The notes under the pieces are model-generated. The model did not search any database. It worked only from the letters and a program-made list of their open reading frames with translations, and was not told where the DNA came from. A stretch of DNA of 28,452 nucleotides from an uncultured Lachnospiraceae bacterium (lineage in GTDB: Bacteria; Bacillota; Clostridia; Lachnospirales; Lachnospiraceae), in the NCBI GenBank assembly GCA_905236585.1, contig CAJOQZ010000010.1, positions 1 to 28,452 of the forward strand, read 5' to 3'. Both the position numbers and the translations under genes were made by a program. Of the stretch, positions 1 to 8,024 are shown piece by piece (position 1 is the first letter of the stretch; the number at the start of each line of letters is the position of its first letter).

Positions 1-246
1 ACGGCTGGCAACCCCTCGTCTGCGTGCGGCGTCTTTCACCGCAATGGACGGGATCTCCCCTTCGTCCGCCGCAAAGTAGAAGATCACATATCCTAAAATC
101 TCGTCCGCCTCTTCATAAATCCACACGCACGCCTGACTCTGATCCACCGTTCCCGCGATGTCGTCCGCGCTCCAGCCGCCGCAGAACGCCGCCTCCGAAA
201 TCTCGGCAATGCGCCGGACATCCGCAGCCTTCGCCTTGCGGATCAT
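1..246 (-). CDS. rimI: Ribosomal-protein-alanine N-acetyltransferase (GNAT); N-terminal part, runs off the left window edge
   Basis: Not in the ORF track. Manual translation from ATG at 246 (overlaps the tsaB stop as ATGA): MIRKAKAADVRRIAEISEAAFCGGWS...EGEIPSIAVKDAARRRGVASR. GNAT motif A (IAV...RRRGVA); usual position after tsaB. Confidence 0.85.
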   Translation of the reverse strand, partial: MIRKAKAADVRRIAEISEAAFCGGWSADDIAGTVDQSQACVWIYEEADEILGYVIFYFAADEGEIPSIAVKDAARRRGVASR

Positions 247-977
247 ACCTTTCCTTCCGATGCGGGCTGCGCCGCCTTTTTTTGCTCTAAGCGTTCGCGT
301 TCCGCCTGCGACAGCCGCAGATAATCCGGGCGGGGCATATCCGCCGATTCCGCTCTCCCGCCGCGCAGATACAAGTACGCCAACGCACCCACCGAAGACG
401 CCCTCTGGCGGTTCAAATGCTGCGGCGCAAAGCGATACGGAATATTACATTTTGACTTAATATCTTCAAGAAACACCGGCACCCCGTCGCCCAAGAATGT
501 AACCTCTCCTCCCCGGGCATTCAAGTCTCCGATAATCTCATCCACATCCACGGCGCACGCCTCCCGCAAGGTACGCATATCTCCGTCGGCAGCAAACGAA
601 TATATCCCGGTATATGTCTGATGGCGCCTTGCGTCCATCAGCGGACAAACAAGCCCCTTCGCTCCCCAAAGATTGTACGCCAGCCCCTCGGTCGTAGGAA
701 CCGCGATCACCGGAATGTCCAGTGCAAGCCCTAATCCTTTTGCCGTTGCGGAGCCGATCCGAAGCCCCGTAAACGAGCCTGGCCCGGCGGCGACGGCGAT
801 CGCGTCCACATCTTCCATCTGCTGTTCGGTCCGGCTCATGATCTCATCCAGCATGGGAAGCAGCGTCTCCGAATGCGTCCGCTTGAAATCCACCGTGTAT
901 TCCGCAATTAGTATATCTTCATTTAATATCGCAACAGATGCAGCAAGTCCTGAACTGTCGAGCGCAATTATCTTCAT
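243..977 (-). CDS. tsaB: tRNA threonylcarbamoyladenosine biosynthesis protein TsaB
   Basis: MKIIALDSS...HSETLLP...GPGSFTGLRIG...MDARR motifs. Start taken at MKIIALD (977) rather than the ORF start at 1001. Confidence 0.95.
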   Translation of the reverse strand: MKIIALDSSGLAASVAILNEDILIAEYTVDFKRTHSETLLPMLDEIMSRTEQQMEDVDAIAVAAGPGSFTGLRIGSATAKGLGLALDIPVIAVPTTEGLAYNLWGAKGLVCPLMDARRHQTYTGIYSFAADGDMRTLREACAVDVDEIIGDLNARGGEVTFLGDGVPVFLEDIKSKCNIPYRFAPQHLNRQRASSVGALAYLYLRGGRAESADMPRPDYLRLSQAERERLEQKKAAQPASEGKV

Positions 978-1012
978 TTCCTTACTCCGGGAAAAACGCA
1001 AATATCAAATCT

Positions 1013-1438
1013 TTATTTTATCGAAATCTTCCGCCTGTCCGGCTTCTCCGGCACATCTTTTTCTATCGTAATCCGCACCGCGCCCTGCGGCAGCAAGTCC
1101 TCAATCCTGTCCGCCCACTCAATCAGGCAGACCCCCTCGCCGTACAGATACTCGGTCAGTCCGACTTCGAACAACTCTTCCGCATCATCGATCCGATAGA
1201 CGTCAAAGTGGTAAAACGGCAGCCTTCCGCCGTCATACTCCTGCACAATCGTAAACGTCGGCGACGTAATCGGCTCGGATATCCCTAATCCTTCCGCGAA
1301 GCCCTTGGAAAAAACGGTCTTCCCGACGCCTAAATCCCCGATCAGCGCATAAACTTCTCCCGCCTTTGCCCCTCTGCCAAGTCCGCGGGCAATTTCCTTT
1401 GTCTCTTCCGGCGCATCGGTCCAAAAACTTTTTTCCAT
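1013..1438 (-). CDS. tsaE: tRNA threonylcarbamoyladenosine biosynthesis ATPase TsaE
   Basis: Walker A GDLGVGKT, SPTFTIV, HFDVYR, IEWAD motifs; adjacent to tsaB. Confidence 0.95.
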   Translation of the reverse strand: MEKSFWTDAPEETKEIARGLGRGAKAGEVYALIGDLGVGKTVFSKGFAEGLGISEPITSPTFTIVQEYDGGRLPFYHFDVYRIDDAEELFEVGLTEYLYGEGVCLIEWADRIEDLLPQGAVRITIEKDVPEKPDRRKISIK

Positions 1439-1439
1439 T

Positions 1440-1973
1440 TTACTTCAGCCTGCAGCGGTGCACATCCAGTTTTGCTGCACAGATCTCCTTGATCTTGGGA
1501 TATTCGTCCACAATATTGCGCAGCGGAATAATCCACGCGTTTTTCCGGTTCGTATAAATCAGCAGGTTATTCTTTGTCGATACCACCTTGTAGATGTCGT
1601 TCCAACTGACTTTTTCCGTCTGCGGATCGTCCGTCGTCACCGTCGGCTCGGACAATTCCACGTCCGTATGAAGGGTAATCCCGTCCTCATCCAGCGTGTA
1701 TTCCAAAGGATTTTGCAGCACCGGCGAAAGTTCGTATATCCGCGGCGCCACAAGGTTCAGTTTGAACGGCGTCCATGCCAGCAGGAAGAATCCGAACAGG
1801 AAATACCCAACCGACATAACGGGGCGCTGCGACATAACTTCCGATATGCCGGCGGCGATCATAATTGCTGCAAAGACAACGAAAAGCAACCCTCCCGCAG
1901 AACGATAATTCTGATAGAAATTGTAACGCAGAAGATCTTTCACTTCAATTTTTGAAGAAAATGTAAGCGGCAT
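1440..1973 (-). CDS. YcxB-like membrane protein (two TM helices plus soluble C-terminal domain)
   Basis: Two hydrophobic helices, then ...SWNDIYKVVSTKNNLLIYTNRKNAWIIP, typical of YcxB-like C-termini. ATG at 1973 preceded by AAGGAG. Confidence 0.7.
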   Translation of the reverse strand: MPLTFSSKIEVKDLLRYNFYQNYRSAGGLLFVVFAAIMIAAGISEVMSQRPVMSVGYFLFGFFLLAWTPFKLNLVAPRIYELSPVLQNPLEYTLDEDGITLHTDVELSEPTVTTDDPQTEKVSWNDIYKVVSTKNNLLIYTNRKNAWIIPLRNIVDEYPKIKEICAAKLDVHRCRLK

Positions 1974-1993
1974 AAACTTAATACTCCTTATTC

Positions 1994-2626
1994 TTATTTT
2001 TCTCCGTGCAGAATCGGAGACAACTTTTTGTATACCAATAGCGCAACCGCAACCGAGCAAAGCGCCTTAAAAGCCGTAAACGGCACATTGAAAACAAGCA
2101 GGCACTGCGGCAGCGTCTGTACGGACGGCAGAATCGCCTGATACGCCGCCACGATCACCTCTTCCGGCATGAACAGTTCATAGACCGGATAGGTGATAAA
2201 ATAATTGATCGGAAACGACAGTGCAGCCATAACGACTGCCCCGGCAAGTGAGCCGACAACCGCGCCGCGCTTCGTTTTATTGTATTTGTATATCATTCCA
2301 GCAGGCAGCACAAACACCGCCCCGAGAAGAAAGTTGCACATTTCTCCGACGCCGCCGGTCTGAGACAACGTCAGATGGATCAGATTCTTAATCAGGCATA
2401 CCAGCACGCCCGAAACTGGTCCTAACGCAAAGGACGCGATCAATCCCGGCAAATCGGACAGATCGAGTTTGATAAATGTCGGCATCAGCGGAATCGGAAA
2501 TTCAAAAAACTGCAAAATGAACGCGATCGCCGCAAGCATCGCAGTTACCGTGAGGTAGCGCACGCTGACTTTTGATGTGTTGTTCGCTTGGATTGACGTA
2601 GTTGCCCCGGAATTGATGGTAGACAT
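1994..2626 (-). CDS. ribU: ECF transporter S component, probably riboflavin-specific (RibU-like)
   Basis: AMLAAIAFILQFFEFPIP...KLDLSDLP...GP..G...LIKNL and PFTAFK motifs; directly downstream of an FMN riboswitch. Start at MSTINS (2626) after GAGAGG. Confidence 0.85.
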   Translation of the reverse strand: MSTINSGATTSIQANNTSKVSVRYLTVTAMLAAIAFILQFFEFPIPLMPTFIKLDLSDLPGLIASFALGPVSGVLVCLIKNLIHLTLSQTGGVGEMCNFLLGAVFVLPAGMIYKYNKTKRGAVVGSLAGAVVMAALSFPINYFITYPVYELFMPEEVIVAAYQAILPSVQTLPQCLLVFNVPFTAFKALCSVAVALLVYKKLSPILHGEK

Positions 2627-2638
2627 AATTTGACCTCT

Positions 2639-2768
2639 CTTTCTCCCATCCAGACTATACTGTCGGTTCCGGAATCCCACCGGATCAGCTGCAAGGCATG
2701 CAGTTCGCGGACTGTCACCGCCGGTCGGGAATTGAAAACGCACCGTTTTCTCACCCTGCCCTGAAAAA
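2639..2768 (-). ncRNA. FMN (RFN) riboswitch
   Basis: Minus strand reads CAGGGCAGGGTGA..AATTCCCGACCGGCGGT...AGTCCGCGA...GATCCGGTG.GATTCCGGAACCGACAGT.AGTCTGGATGGGAGAAAG, the RFN consensus blocks. No terminator before the ATG and the SD abuts P1, suggesting translational control (inference). Confidence 0.95.
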
Positions 2769-2779
2769 GTTACGCCCCA

Positions 2780-2808
2780 ATTATAAGGGGCGAAGGCGCA
2801 TGTGTCAA
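2780..2808 (-). promoter_or_regulatory. Sigma-A promoter for the riboswitch/ribU
   Basis: Perfect TTGACA (2808-2803), 17 bp spacer, TATAAT (2785-2780). Confidence 0.85.
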
Positions 2809-2828
2809 GGCGATTCTTTATCATGTCG

Positions 2829-2918
2829 CGGAAATCAACTTTTGTGCCGAGAACAAACAATCTCCGTATGAGGTTAAGGCATTCTTGCCGTCGAACACGG
2901 GGATTTGTTTGTTCCCAA
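2829..2918. repeat. Interspersed palindromic repeat, copy 1 of 4
   Basis: GAGAACAAACAATCTCCGT-ATGAGGTTAAGGCATTCTTGCCGTCGAAC-ACGGGGATTTGTTTGTTC; shares the flank CGGAAATCAACTTTT with copy 4. Confidence 0.9.
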
Positions 2919-2949
2919 GACAAGATTAGATGAAAAATGATTTCCGCAT

Positions 2950-4068
2950 TTATTGTGTCGCCTGCTCGAGGGGCATTTGCTGTACCGCCTGTACTGCCTG
3001 TCCGGGCTGCCCAGCTTGAACCGGGCTTTCAACGGACAGCACCGTCGTTTTGACCGAACCGTTTTCATCCATTTTCGTAATGGACTTCTTAACAGTTCCG
3101 TCCGGGAAAACGATGGTTCGCAGCACGCCGCCCGATGCCTGTTTTACAAAGGTCACCGTGCTGCCGTCGGTAGCGATCGCCGTCTCTGTCACGTCTTCAC
3201 CCTCCTGGGCGCGCACCAGAGATTCCGGCACATTAATCCCTTTTGCCACATCCGCGTTATACTGCACAATATAGCGGAAAAGGTTGTCCCCGTACGCCTC
3301 ATGCAGTTCCGGATGCTGCCCCTTGTAGACATTCACGTCAAAATACGGCGACGCCTTGCGTCCCTCGTACATCCCTTCCATGACCCAATGCAGTTTTAAG
3401 GTCACGTCCGTCCAGTTCTGATCGATGCTTTCATAATCGGCGTTGTAGGCAAGATAATATTCCGGGTCGAATGCGCTCTGACAAAAACGGTTCCAGTCTA
3501 CGTTCTCCGCCGGGTCCGTCGGATCATATGCGCCTTTCATCGAAATCCCCTGCCGAGAGGAACAATAGGGCCATCCAAGAGCCCCGGGATTTTCCGCATC
3601 GCAGTAAAACGTCACCTTCGTCCCTGACGGAACCGTATCGTAAAACCACTTCGCATCCCCGCAGAGCAAACGAATACAGCCCATGGAATCCGGCGTGCCG
3701 AGTTTGTCAAAGAGTCCGGCCGCCAGCGAGGAATTATCCCCATCGATCATATACGGCACCGAATGGAACAACATATGGTCGTCATACCGCGTGCAGTACT
3801 GCCCGTAACTGTTGTGATACAGGTTCTTCCATCGGTACTTCTCCCGCAGGTAGCGCGTCCCTTTGCGCGGCGTATCCTCGCCGGTCGAACAGGTCATCGC
3901 CCGAATCGGCGTATCGCCGTAATACACCGTAATGACATTTGCCGTCACATTCACCGATACCGTATACGGACTTGCAGCAGACACATCCGCCGCCGGCGCC
4001 AGTACCGCCAGCACCGTCATCCCTATAAGCGCAAGCAGCCCCATCCTTTTTCTGATTCCAGCCTTCAT
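2950..4068 (-). CDS. Exported L,D-transpeptidase (YkuD-like) with additional C-terminal domains
   Basis: Signal peptide (MKAGIRKRMGLLALIG...AA), CSTG motif, catalytic H...C in FHSVPY...SMGCIRL, then an FDPEYYLAYN...EGRKASPYFD segment. Confidence 0.85.
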   Translation of the reverse strand: MKAGIRKRMGLLALIGMTVLAVLAPAADVSAASPYTVSVNVTANVITVYYGDTPIRAMTCSTGEDTPRKGTRYLREKYRWKNLYHNSYGQYCTRYDDHMLFHSVPYMIDGDNSSLAAGLFDKLGTPDSMGCIRLLCGDAKWFYDTVPSGTKVTFYCDAENPGALGWPYCSSRQGISMKGAYDPTDPAENVDWNRFCQSAFDPEYYLAYNADYESIDQNWTDVTLKLHWVMEGMYEGRKASPYFDVNVYKGQHPELHEAYGDNLFRYIVQYNADVAKGINVPESLVRAQEGEDVTETAIATDGSTVTFVKQASGGVLRTIVFPDGTVKKSITKMDENGSVKTTVLSVESPVQAGQPGQAVQAVQQMPLEQATQ

Positions 4069-4109
4069 TTTTTTCTCCGTTCCATAAATGCGTTTATTAA
4101 ATCCACATA

Positions 4110-6497
4110 TTATAACTCCAAATTTGCCAGCAGGTCGCCCAAAGAACTTCCGAAACTACCCTTCTCGCCGCTGCGCACCCGGCCATGCGCATCGCCATTT
4201 TGTCCATGCTTTCCGGGACGTCTGCCGTCCGGTCTGCGCCTGTCGGCTCCGTCTCCCTGCTTTCGTCCGCGGTTTTTCCCATGCGTTTTGTCATCCGAAG
4301 GACTCTCTTTTTTCGCGGCTTTTTTGCCCGTCCCCGGCTTGTCAGCCGTACTCTTTCCAATCAGCATGGAAAGCCCGATCCGCTGCTTTTTCTCATCAAT
4401 CTCGACGACTTCCACTTCAACGATGTCGCCGACCGACACGACTTCCAGCGGATGATTGATAAACCGATCCGTCATCCGGGAAATATGCACCAATCCGTCC
4501 TGATGGACGCCGATATCGACAAATGCTCCGAAATCGACAATATTGCGCACCGTTCCTTTTAAGATCATGCCGGGTCGTAAATCCGCGATATCCATTACGT
4601 CGCTCCTAAGGATCGGCTTTGGCATATCCTCCCTTGGGTCGCGCCCCGGCTTTTCCAGTTCTTTTATGATGTCGGCAAGCGTCAGTTCTCCGATGCCGAG
4701 TTCCGCCGCCTTTTCCGAAACCGACGCAACTTCTTTTGATACGAATTGCAAGCCGCCGCCTTTGACCTCATCCAGCCCGTGCCCGAGTCCGGCAAGCAGT
4801 TTTTCGCAAACCTCGTAACTTTCCGGGTGTACGCCCGTCGCATCCAGCGCGTTCTCCCCGTCACGGATGCGAAGGAATCCCGCGCACTGTTCAAATGCTT
4901 TCGGTCCTAACTTTTTCACGGAAAGCAATTCTTTTCTCGTTTTGAAACTCCCGTTTGCTTCCCGGTACTCAACGATATTTTTCGCTAAGGTCTTGTTGAT
5001 CCCGGAAACATAGGACAAAAGCGATACCGATGCGGTGTTTAAGTCCACGCCCACCTTATTGACCGAATCCTCGACCACTCCCGAAAGCGCCTCGGATAAT
5101 TTCTTCTGGTTCATGTCGTGCTGGTACTGCCCGACGCCGATGGACTGCGGATCGATCTTGCACAGTTCCGCGAGCGGGTCCTGCAAACGGCGCGCAATCG
5201 ACGCCGCACTCCGCTGTCCGACATCGAAATTCGGAAACTCCTCGGTTGCGAGTTTGCTCGCCGAATACACGGAAGCCCCGGCTTCATTGACGATCACGTA
5301 TTGCACAGGCGCGTCAATCTCTTTTAACATATCCGCTATGATCGCTTCTGACTCGCGGCTTGCCGTTCCGTTCCCAACGGAAATCAGCCCGACATGGTAC
5401 GTATGGATCAGTTTTTTTACCGTTGCTTTTGACTCTTCCACTTTGTTCTGCGGCTCGGTCGGAAAAATGACCGTCGTATCCAGCACCTTTCCCGTCTCGT
5501 CCACAACGGCAAGTTTGCATCCGGTTCGAAACGCCGGGTCCCATCCTAAAACAACCTTCCCGGTAATCGGCGGCTGCATCAAAAGCTGCTCTAAATTCTT
5601 GCCGAACACCTTGATCGCCGCGTCCTCCGCGCTTTCGGTCTGCGCGTTTCGGATTTCCCGTTCGATCGACGGCGCAATAAGCCGCGAGTAAGCATCCCTG
5701 ACCGCATCGGAAAGCGCCGCCGCAACGTCCGCCGCCTGCGTCCTTATGATCTTGCCCTCCAAATAAGATATTATCTCCTCTTCGGGCGCCTCGATCTTCA
5801 CATTCAATATTTTTTCTTTTTCTCCGCGGTTCAATGCCAGCACGCGATAACCCGGCAGCGATTTTAACGGATTGGAAAAATCATAATACATCTCGTATAC
5901 GCTTTCCTCCTCCGCATCTTTTGCTTTTGCCGTTATGACGCCCTTCTCCTCGGTTAAAGAGCGGATATAGATTCTGTACTCCGCTTCATCGGAAATCTGT
6001 TCCGCTATGATATCTTTTGCACCGGCAAGGGCGTCCTCCGCCGTGGCGACTTCTTTTTCCTCATTGATGTATTCCGCCGCCGCCTCCAAAAGCCTGCGAT
6101 CCGCCTCCTGCGCAAACATCCACTGCGCCAGCGGCTCCAATCCTTTTTCTTTTGCCACGGTCGCCCGCGTCCTCCGCTTGGGACGGTACGGTCGATACAG
6201 ATCATCCACTAAAACCAGCGTTTCCGCCGCTACAATCTGCGCACGCAGTTCGTCCGTTAATTTCCCTTGTTCCGCGATGCTTGAAAGAACGCTCTCCTTT
6301 TTCTCTTCAAGATTCCGCAGATACTGCAAGCGTTCATATAAGTTGCGCAGCACTTCGTCGTTCAGCGCCCCGGTCGCCTCCTTGCGGTAGCGTGCGATAA
6401 ACGGGATCGTATTTCCTTCGTCGATCAATTTTACGGTTGCCGCGACCTGCGCGGGGCGGATAGACAATTCTTCCGCTATCTTTGTATTAATGTCCAC
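4110..6497 (-). CDS. tex: Tex-family RNA-binding transcriptional accessory protein
   Basis: TIPFIARYRKEATG, DPAFRTGCK, IGVGQYQHD, HhH and C-terminal S1 domain (FGAFVDIGVHQDGLVHIS). GTG start after AGGAG. Confidence 0.95.
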   Translation of the reverse strand: MDINTKIAEELSIRPAQVAATVKLIDEGNTIPFIARYRKEATGALNDEVLRNLYERLQYLRNLEEKKESVLSSIAEQGKLTDELRAQIVAAETLVLVDDLYRPYRPKRRTRATVAKEKGLEPLAQWMFAQEADRRLLEAAAEYINEEKEVATAEDALAGAKDIIAEQISDEAEYRIYIRSLTEEKGVITAKAKDAEEESVYEMYYDFSNPLKSLPGYRVLALNRGEKEKILNVKIEAPEEEIISYLEGKIIRTQAADVAAALSDAVRDAYSRLIAPSIEREIRNAQTESAEDAAIKVFGKNLEQLLMQPPITGKVVLGWDPAFRTGCKLAVVDETGKVLDTTVIFPTEPQNKVEESKATVKKLIHTYHVGLISVGNGTASRESEAIIADMLKEIDAPVQYVIVNEAGASVYSASKLATEEFPNFDVGQRSAASIARRLQDPLAELCKIDPQSIGVGQYQHDMNQKKLSEALSGVVEDSVNKVGVDLNTASVSLLSYVSGINKTLAKNIVEYREANGSFKTRKELLSVKKLGPKAFEQCAGFLRIRDGENALDATGVHPESYEVCEKLLAGLGHGLDEVKGGGLQFVSKEVASVSEKAAELGIGELTLADIIKELEKPGRDPREDMPKPILRSDVMDIADLRPGMILKGTVRNIVDFGAFVDIGVHQDGLVHISRMTDRFINHPLEVVSVGDIVEVEVVEIDEKKQRIGLSMLIGKSTADKPGTGKKAAKKESPSDDKTHGKNRGRKQGDGADRRRPDGRRPGKHGQNGDAHGRVRSGEKGSFGSSLGDLLANLEL

Positions 6498-6516
6498 TCG
6501 TCAAGTTCTCCTCTAC

Positions 6517-6556
6517 AAAAAAATAATACCGTCTGATCCGCAGACTAAACGGTATT
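6517..6556 (-). terminator. Rho-independent terminator-like hairpin upstream of tex
   Basis: Minus strand AATACCGTTTAGTCTGCGGATCAGACGGTATT followed by ATTTTTTT. Confidence 0.6.
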
Positions 6557-6590
6557 CTAACATAATTCTATATTCGGTGTAAAGCGTGGT

Positions 6591-6656
6591 GAACAAACGA
6601 ATCTTACGTGTTCGACGGCAAGAATGCCTTAACCTCACACTTGAGATTGTTTGTTC
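6591..6656. repeat. Interspersed palindromic repeat, copy 2 of 4 (opposite orientation to copy 1)
   Basis: GAACAAACGAATCTTACGTGTTCGACGGCAAGAATGCCTTAACCTCACACTTGAGATTGTTTGTTC. Confidence 0.9.
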
Positions 6657-6689
6657 GCAAGGCAATAGATGATTCCCGCATCGTTCCGC

Positions 6690-7502
6690 TTACACTCTTG
6701 CACGGAAAATCGCCCCTCGTGACCGTCCCGCTTCCGCCGCTCTTTCTGCAGCAGCATACGGATTCATCCGCGGAACCCGCGCCTTCGCAGCGGCTTTTGT
6801 CACGCCCTCCGCCGTATCGGAAGGCGCCTTAACACGCGGCGCGGGCTCCGCCGTGGACTCCGCCGCCGGTGAACCGCTTATCGCCGATGTCTGCGCCGGT
6901 TCGCCCACCGAAAAATCCTGTCTGCCCGCACGCCTGCCGGAGCCCTTTGCTGATGCGCCTTCTGCTCCGTCGGTATTCGCCGCCGGACTCGGCTTGTCTT
7001 CCGGGTCGCCGTTCGTGCTTTCGATCTTCGAGCCGCCCTCTCCGTTCGGATAAGCGATCACGGTATGGGTCACGCCGCCCGATACATAGATCCGTCCGCA
7101 TTCCGGGCAGACCGACGTATGGATTGCGACGCCGACGGATAAAACTTTGCCTCCCGCTTCCGCCGCCTTGGAGTATGCGTTCGACACGTGCTCCTGCTCA
7201 TGGGCGCGTACTTTCGCCCCCGCCGCAGACGGGTCGACATGGGTCGCCGTCTGGAACGATACATCCGATTCGTCCGAGCCGTCTTTGTATTTGCGGTTCT
7301 TACAAGTCTCGCAGTCTTCGGGAGAGGATTTGCCGCCCGGCTTTTTCTTCTCGTCGACTTCGCCGGGCTTTTCCGCTTTCCCGACCTTGCCGACCGAAAA
7401 TGCGTCCTCACCGCCCTTGCCAAAGGAGAAACCGGCATCCGCTCTGCCGTCGGATGGCGCAGAAAACGGAACTGCATATTTATTATCCAGATTAAAATCC
7501 AT
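6690..7502 (-). CDS. Uncharacterised SprA-related-like protein with CxxC...HExxH...CxxC core and low-complexity ends
   Basis: CETC...VRAHEQEH...CPEC. Start set at MDFNL (7502) after GGAG. Confidence 0.65.
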   Translation of the reverse strand: MDFNLDNKYAVPFSAPSDGRADAGFSFGKGGEDAFSVGKVGKAEKPGEVDEKKKPGGKSSPEDCETCKNRKYKDGSDESDVSFQTATHVDPSAAGAKVRAHEQEHVSNAYSKAAEAGGKVLSVGVAIHTSVCPECGRIYVSGGVTHTVIAYPNGEGGSKIESTNGDPEDKPSPAANTDGAEGASAKGSGRRAGRQDFSVGEPAQTSAISGSPAAESTAEPAPRVKAPSDTAEGVTKAAAKARVPRMNPYAAAERAAEAGRSRGAIFRARV

Positions 7503-7548
7503 ATGCGGCATCTCCTTTCCTTAAAAATTTCGACAATTATACATATTT

Positions 7549-7600
7549 AGTATACACCCCAAAACCGATGTTGACAAGTACCAGATATAGCGGATATACT
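7549..7600. promoter_or_regulatory. Back-to-back sigma-A promoters with overlapping -35 boxes
   Basis: Plus: TTGACA 7571-7576, 18 bp, TATACT 7595-7600. Minus: TTGTCA 7577-7572, 17 bp, TATACT 7554-7549. Confidence 0.65.
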
Positions 7601-7607
7601 TACCTTT

Positions 7608-8006
7608 ATGCAATATGTATTCTCTTTTTTTGACAACTATACCTGTATGTTCCGCAGACTGACCGGCATGTACTGTCCGGGATGCGGCGGAACGCGTGCC
7701 TTTTACAGTCTGCTCCACGGACATGTCGTCCGCTCCCTCCTGTATCACCCGATCGTTGCATACGGCTTTCTGGTTTTCCTTGCCGGCATCCTTCTTTTTC
7801 TTAAAAGGCTGTTTTTCGAAAAGAAAACGCCTCCTTCTTCCGAAGCGGCATGCGGCGCAAACAAATCGACATCAGAACGTAACGCAAATAAAGCGGCGCC
7901 GGAGCGCTTCGTTGTCAGTGCGCTCGCCGGTGCCGCCATCATCTTGCTGCTGCATTATATCGTCCGAAATATTCTTCTTATGCTCGGACTTCCTTCTATG
8001 CCGTAA
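7608..8006 (+). CDS. DUF2752-like small membrane protein
   Basis: C...TG..CPGCGGTRAFYSLLHG motif followed by two hydrophobic helices. Confidence 0.85.
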   Translation: MQYVFSFFDNYTCMFRRLTGMYCPGCGGTRAFYSLLHGHVVRSLLYHPIVAYGFLVFLAGILLFLKRLFFEKKTPPSSEAACGANKSTSERNANKAAPERFVVSALAGAAIILLLHYIVRNILLMLGLPSMP

Positions 8007-8024
8007 AAAGCCGTCTGCCCAGTT

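Noticed and set aside
1994-2626. S component with no ECF ATPase or T genes nearby
   Set aside because: Normal for group II ECF transporters, which share an energising module encoded elsewhere.
2627-2923. 99-aa N-terminal extension of the ECF S component in the ORF track
   Set aside because: It runs through the riboswitch, promoter and repeat; the real start with an SD is at 2626.
3545-3790. SMGC instead of SHGC in the L,D-transpeptidase as a sign of inactivity
   Set aside because: The catalytic His (FHSVP) and Cys are both present.
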